This document shows positions 1-7,894 of a DNA stretch of 64,000 nt, one piece after another. Within the stretch, counting starts at the first letter, position 1. Each line of letters opens with the position of its first letter. The DNA is from Dehalococcoidia bacterium (lineage in GTDB: Bacteria; Chloroflexota; Dehalococcoidia; Lucifugimonadales; UBA3495). The notes under the pieces were generated by a model. It was not told the origin of the DNA. It made no database searches and saw only the letters and a program-made list of their open reading frames with translations. The position numbers were made by a program, and so were the translations under genes. The stretch covers positions 2,177,334 through 2,241,333 of the forward strand of contig OZ244885.1 in the NCBI GenBank assembly GCA_965221385.1, in the 5' to 3' direction.

Positions 1-2057
1 TGATCTGCTCCGAGCTGGAACTTGGCCTGGGCGAGAACCACGACGGTATTGTCGAGCTGCCCGAGGATGCTCCCCTGGGTATGCCATTGGACGACTACCT
101 GGGCGACACGGTGCTGGACCTGGAGGTTACTCCCAACCGGCTGGACTGTTTCTCCATCCTGGGCGTGGCCCACGAAATTGCCGCCCTTACCGGCAAAAAG
201 GTGCGAATGCCCCAGGTCAGCTACAGCGAGGAGGGGCCGCCCATTGCCGAGCAGGCCCAAATCTCTGTGGCCGACCCCGATCTGTGCCACCGCTACACCG
301 CCAGCCTGATCCAGGGCCTGAAGATAGGTTCCTCACCCCAGTGGCTCCAGGACCGGCTAACCCGGGCCGGGTTGCGTCCCATCAACAATGTGGTGGACGT
401 TACCAACTACGTCATGCTGGAATTCAACCAGCCCCTTCATGCCTTCGACCTGGACCGGGTTCGTGACCGGACGGTCATCGTCCGCCGCGCCTCCTTCGGC
501 GAGACCCTGGAAACCTTGGACGGTGTACAGCGGGAACTCAATCCGGAGGTCCTGGTCATCGCCGACTCCCGGGACCCCATTGGCCTGGGTGGCGTAATCG
601 GCGGCGCCAACAGCGAAATTGGGCCCGACACAACCAACGTGCTGCTGGAGTCGGCCAATTTCAACAGCTACAACAATAGGCTCACTGCGGACACCTTCCG
701 CCTCCATACCGATGCTTCCCAGCGCTTCGAGAAGGGGCTGCGGCCGGAACTGGCTCCCATTGCCCTGCGCCGGGCCACCCAGTTGATTCAGCAGGTGGCC
801 GGGGGTACTGTCGCCCAGGGCATTTACGACATCTACCCGGATGCTGGTCAAACCCGACCGGGGGTAACCCTCACCCTGCGGCGGCTGAAGCAGGTACTGG
901 GAATGGATGTGGGGCTGGAACAGGTGGAAGAGGTCTTTCGCTCCCTGGAGTTTGACACGACCCGATTGGACGATGGCGCGGTGGAGGTTTCTGTCCCCTA
1001 CTGGCGCAGCGACATCAACATCGAGGAGGACCTGATCGAGGAGGTGGTGCGAATAATCGGGTACGACAGTGTTCCCACCACCATGCTGGCCACGCCAATA
1101 CCCCATCGCCAGCCGGCGCCCATGACCGAACTTCGCGCCCGCTTAAAGGCGGCCCTGGCCGATGCCGGCTTGCAGGAGGTCATCAGCTATCCCCTGGTCA
1201 GCATGGAGGATCTGAGCCGGGTTAACTACCCCACGGAGGATGTTATACCCCTGCGGGTGGCCAACCCCATGAGCGCCACCCACGACCACCTGCGGCCCAC
1301 CCTGTTGGCCAGCCTGCTGGGCACCCTGTCCTACAACGAGGGACATAACGAAGGTCCGTTCCGCTTCTTCGAGCAGGCGCGGGTGTTCCTGCCCCGACAG
1401 GGCCAGCTTCCCAGGGAGGTGGAGATGGCGGCCGGCGTAATCTCCGGCCTGCGGTCGGAACCCTCCTGGCTGGTGGATAACGGCCCCCTGGACTTCTTCG
1501 ACGCCAAGGGCATCCTATCTTCCGCCCTGGCCAGCCTGGGTCTGGGCAGTTCCTGTACCTGGGAACCGGCGGCTCCCGAAGATGCGCCGGCCCTGCACCC
1601 CGGTCGCACCGCCCGCATATTGTGTGATGGATCTCCCATTGGGCTGCTCGGCGAGCTGCATCCCACGGTGGCAGAGCGGTTCGACCTGCGCCATCGCCCG
1701 GTCACCGTGTTCCAACTATGTCTGGACGACCTGCTGGCCCTGCCGCCTCGCCCCGCCCGCAACTTCCGGTCACTGACCCGTTTCCCCGCCGCCCGCCGCG
1801 ACCTGGCCGTTACGGTGGCGGAAGACGTGCCGGCGGGAAGTGTGGAGGAGATACTGGTCCGGCACCGGCTGGTGGACCGGGTGGAGCTGTTCGATGTTTA
1901 CACCGGGGAGAACCTGGAGGCGGGCCGCCGGTCCCTGGCCTTCCACGTCTTCTTCCAATCACCGGAGCGTACCCTGACCGCCGAAGAAGTCAACCGTACC
2001 CTGGATGGACTGTTGCGCACTCTGCAGCGGGACTTGGGCGCGGTACTGAGGGATTAG
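1..2057 (+). CDS. pheT: phenylalanine--tRNA ligase beta subunit (5' end lies outside window)
   Basis: Frame 3 is open from nt 3 (ICSELELGLGENHDGIVELPEDAPLG precedes the Met at 81). Carries the PheT B3_4/B5 core and a C-terminal FDVY..GRRSLAF domain. TAG stop at 2055-2057. Confidence 0.9.
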   Translation, partial: ICSELELGLGENHDGIVELPEDAPLGMPLDDYLGDTVLDLEVTPNRLDCFSILGVAHEIAALTGKKVRMPQVSYSEEGPPIAEQAQISVADPDLCHRYTASLIQGLKIGSSPQWLQDRLTRAGLRPINNVVDVTNYVMLEFNQPLHAFDLDRVRDRTVIVRRASFGETLETLDGVQRELNPEVLVIADSRDPIGLGGVIGGANSEIGPDTTNVLLESANFNSYNNRLTADTFRLHTDASQRFEKGLRPELAPIALRRATQLIQQVAGGTVAQGIYDIYPDAGQTRPGVTLTLRRLKQVLGMDVGLEQVEEVFRSLEFDTTRLDDGAVEVSVPYWRSDINIEEDLIEEVVRIIGYDSVPTTMLATPIPHRQPAPMTELRARLKAALADAGLQEVISYPLVSMEDLSRVNYPTEDVIPLRVANPMSATHDHLRPTLLASLLGTLSYNEGHNEGPFRFFEQARVFLPRQGQLPREVEMAAGVISGLRSEPSWLVDNGPLDFFDAKGILSSALASLGLGSSCTWEPAAPEDAPALHPGRTARILCDGSPIGLLGELHPTVAERFDLRHRPVTVFQLCLDDLLALPPRPARNFRSLTRFPAARRDLAVTVAEDVPAGSVEEILVRHRLVDRVELFDVYTGENLEAGRRSLAFHVFFQSPERTLTAEEVNRTLDGLLRTLQRDLGAVLRD

Positions 2058-2120
2058 CCGCCTACGGGACTTTCCATCGCACTTGGCCCCACTGCAGCGC
2101 CACGGACTAGAGGACGCACT

Positions 2121-3491
2121 ATGCAATCGCATGACCACGGGCATCACCACTCGGATCGGCACGGACGCCAACACCAGCCGGCCCCCGACCACGGCCACCG
2201 GCACGTTGACGAGGACATGCTGTCGGTGGAAGAAGCCTACCGGCGAATAATGGAATGCTTTTCAACTCTGGAGACGGAGGAAAAGCCCATCCTTGATTGC
2301 CTGGGCCAGACCCTGGCGGCGGAGGTGCGCTCCCCCCTGGCCCTGCCGCCCCTGGCCAATTCGGGCATGGACGGCTACGCGGTTCGTAGGGATGACATAG
2401 CCGGCGCCTCCGAGGAATCCCCCCGCAACCTGCAGGTTATCGGCTTGGTCGCTGCGGGTCAGGTTTCCACCCAGACGGTTCAGCCCGGGCTCGCCATGCG
2501 AATAATGACCGGGGCGCCGCTGCCTGCCGGGGCGGATACGGTGGTTCCCTTCGAGGAAACCGACGAGGTTCAACGCCGCGCCTCGGGACGTCCCCTTACG
2601 GACATTGACATCCAGGCCGACCTGCCCTTCGGCTGCAATGTGCGGCCCGCCGGGGAAGACGTTCAGGCCGGCGACCTGGTCCTGGAATCCGGAACGGTGA
2701 TCCGAGCGGCGGAAATCGGGGTCATGGCCTCCCTGGGCCTGGCGCGCGCGCGGGTGGTGCGCCGTCCGTTGGTAGCGGTGCTTTCCACCGGCGACGAATT
2801 GGCCGCCCTGGGTGAGGAACTGGCCGGGGGCCAGATATATGACAGCAACAGCTACAGCGTCGCCGCATCGGTCGTGGCTGCCGGTGGCATTCCCAGGGTA
2901 CTGGGCATTGCCCGGGACAACCTGGATGACCTGCACCGCAGGCTGGAGGATGTGGCGGAGTCGGACCTGTTGATTACCTCCGCGGGCGTCTCCAAGGGCG
3001 ACTACGACATGGTAAAAGAGGTATTGACGGAACGGGGCGACATCAACTTCTGGTCGGTGCGAATGCGCCCGGCGAAACCCCTGGCCTTCGGGATGCTGCG
3101 GGGCGATGCCGTCCACGGCACCGGTAAACCCGTGCCGATGATGGGACTGCCGGGCAACCCGGTGAGCGCCATGGTTGCCTTCGAAATGTTTGCCCGCCCG
3201 GCGATCGGCATCATGCTGGGAAGGCGGCGTTTGGCCAGGCCGCAGGTGGAGGGCCGGCTGACCGGGCCCATCTACAACACCGACGGCCGCCGGGTTTATG
3301 CCCGCGTGGAAGTGGAGAATCGGGATGGTGTATATTATGCCAACCCCACCGGCCCCCAGGGTTCCAACATCCTCACCTCCATGTCCCGGGCCAATGCCCT
3401 GGCCATTTGCCCCGAGGATGTGCCTTTCATGGAAGCCGGCGAGTTGGTGCAGATTGTAATGCTTGACTGGAACGAAGAGGTAGATATATGA
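2121..3491 (+). CDS. moeA: molybdopterin molybdenumtransferase MoeA with His-rich N-terminal extension
   Basis: SVEEAYRRI..LANSGMDGYAVR and the full MoeA domain order. GAGGAC lies 5 nt upstream of ATG 2121. An alternative start is ATG 2217. Confidence 0.85.
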   Translation: MQSHDHGHHHSDRHGRQHQPAPDHGHRHVDEDMLSVEEAYRRIMECFSTLETEEKPILDCLGQTLAAEVRSPLALPPLANSGMDGYAVRRDDIAGASEESPRNLQVIGLVAAGQVSTQTVQPGLAMRIMTGAPLPAGADTVVPFEETDEVQRRASGRPLTDIDIQADLPFGCNVRPAGEDVQAGDLVLESGTVIRAAEIGVMASLGLARARVVRRPLVAVLSTGDELAALGEELAGGQIYDSNSYSVAASVVAAGGIPRVLGIARDNLDDLHRRLEDVAESDLLITSAGVSKGDYDMVKEVLTERGDINFWSVRMRPAKPLAFGMLRGDAVHGTGKPVPMMGLPGNPVSAMVAFEMFARPAIGIMLGRRRLARPQVEGRLTGPIYNTDGRRVYARVEVENRDGVYYANPTGPQGSNILTSMSRANALAICPEDVPFMEAGELVQIVMLDWNEEVDI

Positions 3492-3922
3492 CGGTTCCCA
3501 ACCCCGAAGCGCCCCTCCAGGAGGAGGAAACTTCACTTCTCTATCACGTCAGCTTTGACCGGTTGGAACAATTGAACCGGTCGGCTGTTGCCCTGCTGGC
3601 GGCGCGGCGCAGCCCCGGTTCCCCCTCTCTGCTGGAGCCAGACCATGAATTGGACAATCCCCAGGCGCTGGTGGACGAGATTGTCCAGTATGGCAGCCAG
3701 GAAGAGGAGTACATCAACTCCAACCTGCCAATCCAGGAGATAGTGTTCCGTACTCTCCTGCTCGGGGGAAACCAACCCATGTCGGTGGGGGATTTGCATC
3801 ACGAGTTGACGGAAAAGTGGTCCACACCGGTGCGCCCCATAAATGTTTCGGTACAGAGCCTGTTGCGCATCCTGGACAGCGACGACTACTACGGGTTTGC
3901 GCCAGTGGAGGCGGGGGAGTAA
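3488..3922 (+). CDS. hypothetical acidic protein, translationally coupled to moeA
   Basis: 144-aa ORF with GC3-rich codons. Its ATG overlaps the moeA stop (ATGA). I recognise no motif. Confidence 0.55.
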   Translation: MTVPNPEAPLQEEETSLLYHVSFDRLEQLNRSAVALLAARRSPGSPSLLEPDHELDNPQALVDEIVQYGSQEEEYINSNLPIQEIVFRTLLLGGNQPMSVGDLHHELTEKWSTPVRPINVSVQSLLRILDSDDYYGFAPVEAGE

Positions 3923-4006
3923 TACTCTGGGTAAGGGTTACCATCCCTTTAGTGGGTGGGGGCTAATCGGACAAGTCAAGATGCTCTACCTTCCAGGAGA
4001 GGACAC

Positions 4007-4399
4007 ATGTGGAAGCTATTTTGCGCATTTGTGGCCGTATTGGTACCCCTGACGGTTGCATGTGGGTTCGGGGCCGAGGTTGCACCCACTCCAGCGCCTA
4101 ATGCCAGACCTGTTCACGTCTTGCACATTTGGGACGATTATCAACAGAATGAACCCAGGGCAAACAAAGAGTGGAAGAAAAGGTGGATATATCTGGAGAT
4201 GCCAGTGGATGTCGTGGAAAACGAAGGGGCGGTATTTTACCTAACCGGATATCCTTTTGCTTTGTCAGAAAGGGCTCTCATGAGATTTACAGACGAAGAG
4301 CGACTCATTGAAATAGAGCCTGGTCAACAGTTGTACGCTACCTGTCGACTTTCAGGTTTAATCCTCGGCTATTTGTTGAGCTTCCGTGATTGCCAATGA
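4007..4399 (+). CDS. putative lipoprotein (130 aa)
   Basis: AGGAGAGG lies 4 nt upstream of ATG 4007. Signal peptide with lipobox LTVA|C. GC is visibly lower than the flanks. The last codons lie inside a degenerate repeat unit. Confidence 0.55.
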   Translation: MWKLFCAFVAVLVPLTVACGFGAEVAPTPAPNARPVHVLHIWDDYQQNEPRANKEWKKRWIYLEMPVDVVENEGAVFYLTGYPFALSERALMRFTDEERLIEIEPGQQLYATCRLSGLILGYLLSFRDCQ

Positions 4400-5181
4400 T
4401 AGCCGAGGAACCCCAACGGTGCAGGGTAACCGCCATTCCCATGACCAGCCCCTCTTGTTTGTCATTCCGAGCGTCAGCCGAGGAATCCCAACGGTGCGGG
4501 GAGAACCAACCTTCCTACGCCCAATCCCCACAGCCAGTCATTCCGAGCGACAGCCGGGGAACCCCAACCGTGCGGGGAGAACCAACCTTCCTACTCCCAA
4601 TCCCCACAGCCAGTCATTCCGAGCGACAGCCGAGGAATCCCAACGGTGCGGGGAGAACCAACCTTCCTACTCCCAATCCCCACAGCCAGTCATTCCGAGC
4701 GACAGCCGAGGAATCCCAACGGTGCGGGGAGAACCAACCTTCATACCCCCAATCCCCACAGCCAGTCATTCCGAGCGACAGCCGAGGAATCCCAACGGTG
4801 CGGGGACAAGGAACCTTCCTACCCCCAATCCCCACAGCCAGTGATTCCGAGCGACAGCCGAGGAATCCCAACGGTGCGGGGACAAGGAACCTTCCTACCC
4901 CCAATCCCCACAGCCAGTGATTCCGAGCGACAGCCGGGGAACCCCAACGGTGCGGGGAGAACCAACCTTCCTACTCCCAATCCCCACAGCTTGTCATTCC
5001 GAGCGACAGCCGAGGAATCCCAACGGTGCGGGGAGAACCAACCTTCATACCCCCAATCCCCACAACCAGTCATTCCGAGCGTCAGCAGAGGAATCCCAAC
5101 CGTAGGGAGGGAACCGGGCTTCCTACCCCAGAACGCCGTGGCCCTCACCGTTGGGATTCCTCGGCTGTCGATCGGAATGAC
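4378..5181. repeat. Family-A array A1: degenerate leading unit, nine direct 76-bp units, one inverted terminal core
   Basis: GTCATTCCGA core starts at 4461, 4537, 4613, 4689, 4765, 4841, 4917, 4993 and 5069 (exact 76-bp spacing). The inverted core GTTGGGATTCCTCGGCTGTCGATCGGAATGAC is at 5149-5181. Confidence 0.95.
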
Positions 5182-5224
5182 ATCGCTGTCTTTTGCCAGA
5201 CCTGTTCTACGAGCAAACAAGAAT

Positions 5225-5247
5225 GGGACCGGCTACTTGCCGGTCCC
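5225..5247. terminator. GC-rich hairpin with T-rich flanks on both strands (likely bidirectional terminator; serves rplT on the minus strand)
   Basis: GGGACCGGC-TACTT-GCCGGTCCC. Followed by TTTACTTTGT on the plus strand and ATTCTTGTTTG on the minus strand. Sits 69 nt downstream of the rplT stop. Confidence 0.5.
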
Positions 5248-5315
5248 TTTACTTTGTCTGCCCAACTAACTCTCAGGACTGGGTGTTGGCCACCCTCTGA
5301 AACTGTTTGCTGGCC

Positions 5316-5678
5316 TCACGCGGCCGTTTTGGCCTCTTCGGCAATGCCCACCAGCTTCTCGAACCCGGACGGGTCGTTGACCGCCAGGTCGGCCAGCATC
5401 TTGCGGTCCACCTCGATGCCGGCCACTTTCAGGCCGTGCATGAATTGGCTGTAAGTGGTACCCGACTGGCGGCAGGCGGCGCCGATGCGCACAATCCAAA
5501 GGCGGCGAAAATCTCCCTTGCGCTCCCGCCGATGACGGTAGGAATAGCTCCAGGCGTGGAGGAGGGCCTCCTTGGCCCACTTGTAGTTGCGGCTGGAGGA
5601 ACCTTGGAACCCCCTGGCTGCCGACAATACCTTCTTGTGACGGTGGCGCTTGGTGACGCCGCGCTTTACTCTGGACAC
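5316..5678 (-). CDS. rplT: 50S ribosomal protein L20
   Basis: SRVKRGVTKRHRHKKVL..RLWIVRI is canonical L20. GTG start preceded by GGAG. Confidence 0.95.
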   Translation of the reverse strand: MSRVKRGVTKRHRHKKVLSAARGFQGSSSRNYKWAKEALLHAWSYSYRHRRERKGDFRRLWIVRIGAACRQSGTTYSQFMHGLKVAGIEVDRKMLADLAVNDPSGFEKLVGIAEEAKTAA

Positions 5679-5708
5679 CTTGAATCTCCGGGATAGCAGG
5701 ATGGGGGG

Positions 5709-5909
5709 CTAGACGTCGTAGGGGATCAGCTGGCTGAGCCTCTTGACGTCCGCCTGGTCAACGGACAACTTGGCGGCGTACTTGCGAGTAACCTTCTTGG
5801 GCTTCTTGCGGCGCAGGTGGCTGCTCATGCGCTTGCGCCGCAGCATCTTGCCCGAGCCGGTGATGTGGAAACGGGCCTTGGCGCCCTTGTGCGTCTTAAG
5901 TTTCGGCAT
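5709..5909 (-). CDS. rpmI: 50S ribosomal protein L35
   Basis: MPKLKTHKGAKARFHITGSGK is canonical L35. Lies in conserved infC-rpmI-rplT order. Confidence 0.95.
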   Translation of the reverse strand: MPKLKTHKGAKARFHITGSGKMLRRKRMSSHLRRKKPKKVTRKYAAKLSVDQADVKRLSQLIPYDV

Positions 5910-6459
5910 TGGCTAGGTCTTCCACTTTCTTGTCGGATTTTTCGCCCCTGGCGGGGTTGGGAATCAGTATCATGGATAGGGCGCGCCCTTCCATTGCCGG
6001 AGGTTTCTCCAGCCGAACCTCTTCCTTCAGGTCGTCGGCAACTTTCTTGAGCAGCGACAACCCCAATTGCTGGTGGACTGCTTCCCGTCCCCGGAAACGC
6101 ACGGTCAACTTGACCTTGGAGCCATCGTCGATGAACTCCTTCACCTTGCGAAGCTTGGCGTCCAGGTCGTGGTCGCCAATATTGGGACGAAAGCGGACCT
6201 CCCTCAGTTCGGTGTTCTTCTGAGCCTTCTTGGATTCTCGTTCCTTCTTCGAGTACAGGTAGCGCAGTTTTCCGTAATCCAGCAGGCGACAAACCGGGGG
6301 GTCTGCATTGGGAGCCACTTCCACCAGGTCAACCCCACCCTCGCGGGCCATCTGCAGGGCCCGGTCCAGTGGCAACAGGCCAATCTGCTCGCCATTGTCT
6401 CCGATGACGCGAACACGGGGCGACCGAATCTGCTCGTTTACTCTATACTGCCTCGCTAT
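5896..6459 (-). CDS. infC: translation initiation factor IF-3, probable ATA start
   Basis: VNEQIRSPRVRVIGDNGEQIG.. and DPPVCRLLDYGKLRY motifs. The track ORF (TTG at 6375) lacks the N-domain. The frame is open up to an in-frame TAG at 6466-6468. ATA at 6459-6457 lies 9 nt after GGAGG. Confidence 0.8.
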   Translation of the reverse strand: MARQYRVNEQIRSPRVRVIGDNGEQIGLLPLDRALQMAREGGVDLVEVAPNADPPVCRLLDYGKLRYLYSKKERESKKAQKNTELREVRFRPNIGDHDLDAKLRKVKEFIDDGSKVKLTVRFRGREAVHQQLGLSLLKKVADDLKEEVRLEKPPAMEGRALSMILIPNPARGEKSDKKVEDLANAET

Positions 6460-6517
6460 TCTCTCCTACCTCCGAAGAAATTGGGCTACTATGCCCTTGA
6501 CCAGGAAGGGTTCAATC

Positions 6518-6547
6518 AATGTAGCACAAGCCCCAAAGGGTAGTCAA
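6518..6547 (-). promoter_or_regulatory. candidate promoter for infC operon (TTGACT-N18-TACATT)
   Basis: Minus-strand hexamers sit at 6547-6542 and 6523-6518, about 55 nt upstream of the proposed infC start. Confidence 0.3.
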
Positions 6548-6715
6548 TGCGCAGGTGTCACACGCAACGGTTGAGAATTGGTGGAGACACCAGCGATCCC
6601 GGTATCCTCCGGTATTACTCCCGTTCCTCCCCCTTCCACCCCGTTCCGCCTGGGAAGAGTCTTCGGGCAGGGGAGGGCGGGTGCGCCCCTTTGCGGCGCC
6701 CGTCCTCACCCGGCA

Positions 6716-6743
6716 TTGACCCGGCCCGGTTTGCGGCTATAAT
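6716..6743 (+). promoter_or_regulatory. candidate sigma70-type promoter (TTGACC-N16-TATAAT) for the hotdog gene pair
   Basis: Hexamers read directly at 6716-6721 and 6738-6743. ATG 6781 follows, with AGGAGTAGGG as its RBS. Confidence 0.45.
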
Positions 6744-6780
6744 GACTGGCAGGCACAGCATGGAATTAGGAGTAGGGTCA

Positions 6781-7206
6781 ATGGCCGAGCAGCAGCTTAA
6801 GCCTTTCATTTACGATGAGGTAGAAATTGGCGAGGAGTTGGGCAGCTACGAATACGTGCTGACCCAGGAGATGTTGGACAACTTCCGGGCGTCGGTGCAG
6901 GACCAGGATGCCTGTTTCCCGACCCTGGCGGTGAAGCACGACGCCACCGCCCTGAACATGGTGTACGACGACCAGACCGGCGGGGTGAACGCGGGCAACG
7001 AGGTGGAGTTCTTCAATCCTCCCATCGTTGGCAAGAGGGTTTTCGTGACGGGCCGAATTCACGACAAGTACCTGCGGCGGGACAAGCCCTACCTGGTTAT
7101 CGAAGCCACCGCCGTGGATGAAGACGGGCGCATGCTGGAACGGCTGCGCACCTATCAGATGAAAAAACCTGACGAGGTGGGAAAGAAATGGCATCCCAAA
7201 TCTTAG
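6781..7206 (+). CDS. hotdog-fold protein, MaoC-dehydratase N-terminal-like (non-catalytic, HadA-like)
   Basis: Start moved to ATG 6781 (RBS AGGAG; upstream of it the ORF crosses the promoter). Hotdog-like sequence without the D-x2-N-x-H motif. Confidence 0.65.
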   Translation: MAEQQLKPFIYDEVEIGEELGSYEYVLTQEMLDNFRASVQDQDACFPTLAVKHDATALNMVYDDQTGGVNAGNEVEFFNPPIVGKRVFVTGRIHDKYLRRDKPYLVIEATAVDEDGRMLERLRTYQMKKPDEVGKKWHPKS

Positions 7207-7610
7207 ACAATGCGGCTATCCCCACGCTTACCAAGTCCGTTACCCAGGAGAGCATCGACCAGTTCGAATCCTGCGGCATCCTGGACCGGCAGAACATCCA
7301 TAACAACATGGAAGTCGCCACCCAGAGGCTGGGTACCACCTACACCCTGGCATCCGGGCGCATGTCCATAACCTTCGCTTCCGAGGCCCTGCGCCGGTTC
7401 TTTGGGTCGGAGGTGTTCAACCACACGGGCAGCGTCAACCTCAAGTTCCTGCGCCCGGTGAAGCACGGGGACACGGTGACAGTGTCCGGCTCGGTCATCC
7501 AGCAGGATGCGGTGGAGAACGGCACCCAGGTTACCGTTCAGATCCAGTGCCAGAACCAGAACGGGGACACCACGGCCGTGGGCCAGGGCTACGCCACCGT
7601 ACCCAACTAG
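7188..7610 (+). CDS. MaoC-like (R)-specific enoyl hydratase/dehydratase (HadB-like)
   Basis: Hydratase-2 motif D-R-Q-N-I-H-N-N-M-E-V-A. Overlaps the upstream hotdog gene by 19 nt. Confidence 0.7.
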   Translation: MASQILDNAAIPTLTKSVTQESIDQFESCGILDRQNIHNNMEVATQRLGTTYTLASGRMSITFASEALRRFFGSEVFNHTGSVNLKFLRPVKHGDTVTVSGSVIQQDAVENGTQVTVQIQCQNQNGDTTAVGQGYATVPN

Positions 7611-7720
7611 CTGTCAGGAGCGGGGCGTGCCGGGTTCTCGTACCACTGCCCGCCTCAATTATCTGTTCTGACCGGCCCGCCTGTGGCGTTGGGCGGGTTC
7701 CACAACTTGGCCTTAAATTC

Positions 7721-7755
7721 CCGGCAGAGCGGTTGACTGCTCTGCCGGTTTCCTG
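7721..7755 (+). terminator. rho-independent terminator after the hotdog pair
   Basis: CCGGCAGAGC-GGTTGACT-GCTCTGCCGG (10-bp stem) followed by TTTCCTGTGTT. Confidence 0.6.
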
Positions 7756-7764
7756 TGTTGATGG

Positions 7765-7860
7765 CTAAAGGCCGCCGCCGGTGAACCGGAACAGGATGAA
7801 ATAGACGAGGAAGAACAGGGCCAGGAGAACCCCGATTATCAGGCAGCCGTACCGCAACAA
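7765..7860 (-). CDS. possible 31-aa hydrophobic peptide downstream of yedK
   Basis: GGAGGT lies 9 nt before TTG. Translates to LRYGCLIIGVLLALFFLVYFILFRFTGGGL with strongly GC3-biased codons. Too short for the ORF track. Confidence 0.3.
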   Translation of the reverse strand: MLRYGCLIIGVLLALFFLVYFILFRFTGGGL

Positions 7861-7894
7861 GGGGTTGTTACCTCCAGGTATTCAGATGCCAGCC

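Noticed and set aside
2262-3536. 424-aa minus-strand ORF. The same class occurs at 54062-55546, 45378-46598, 33640-34815, 28582-30343 and 16553-17656.
   Set aside because: All are antisense or out-of-frame relative to genes with strong family signatures (moeA, PaaK-like, nadB, permease, ctaG, dehydrogenase). They are high-GC shadow ORFs.
4386-5269. Overlapping 152-207-aa ORFs with repetitive peptides (..SFRATAEESQRCGENQPSY.., ..VIPSDSRGIPTVRGEPTF..) across array A1
   Set aside because: They arise only because a 76-bp unit (not a multiple of 3) lacks stops. Several frames on both strands are open at once, the frame rotates every unit, and there is no RBS or plausible start. These are repeat DNA, not genes.
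6547-6780. N-terminal 78 codons of track ORF 6547-7206
   Set aside because: This part crosses the TTGACC-N16-TATAAT promoter and has atypical composition. ATG 6781 has an AGGAG RBS and begins the hotdog domain.
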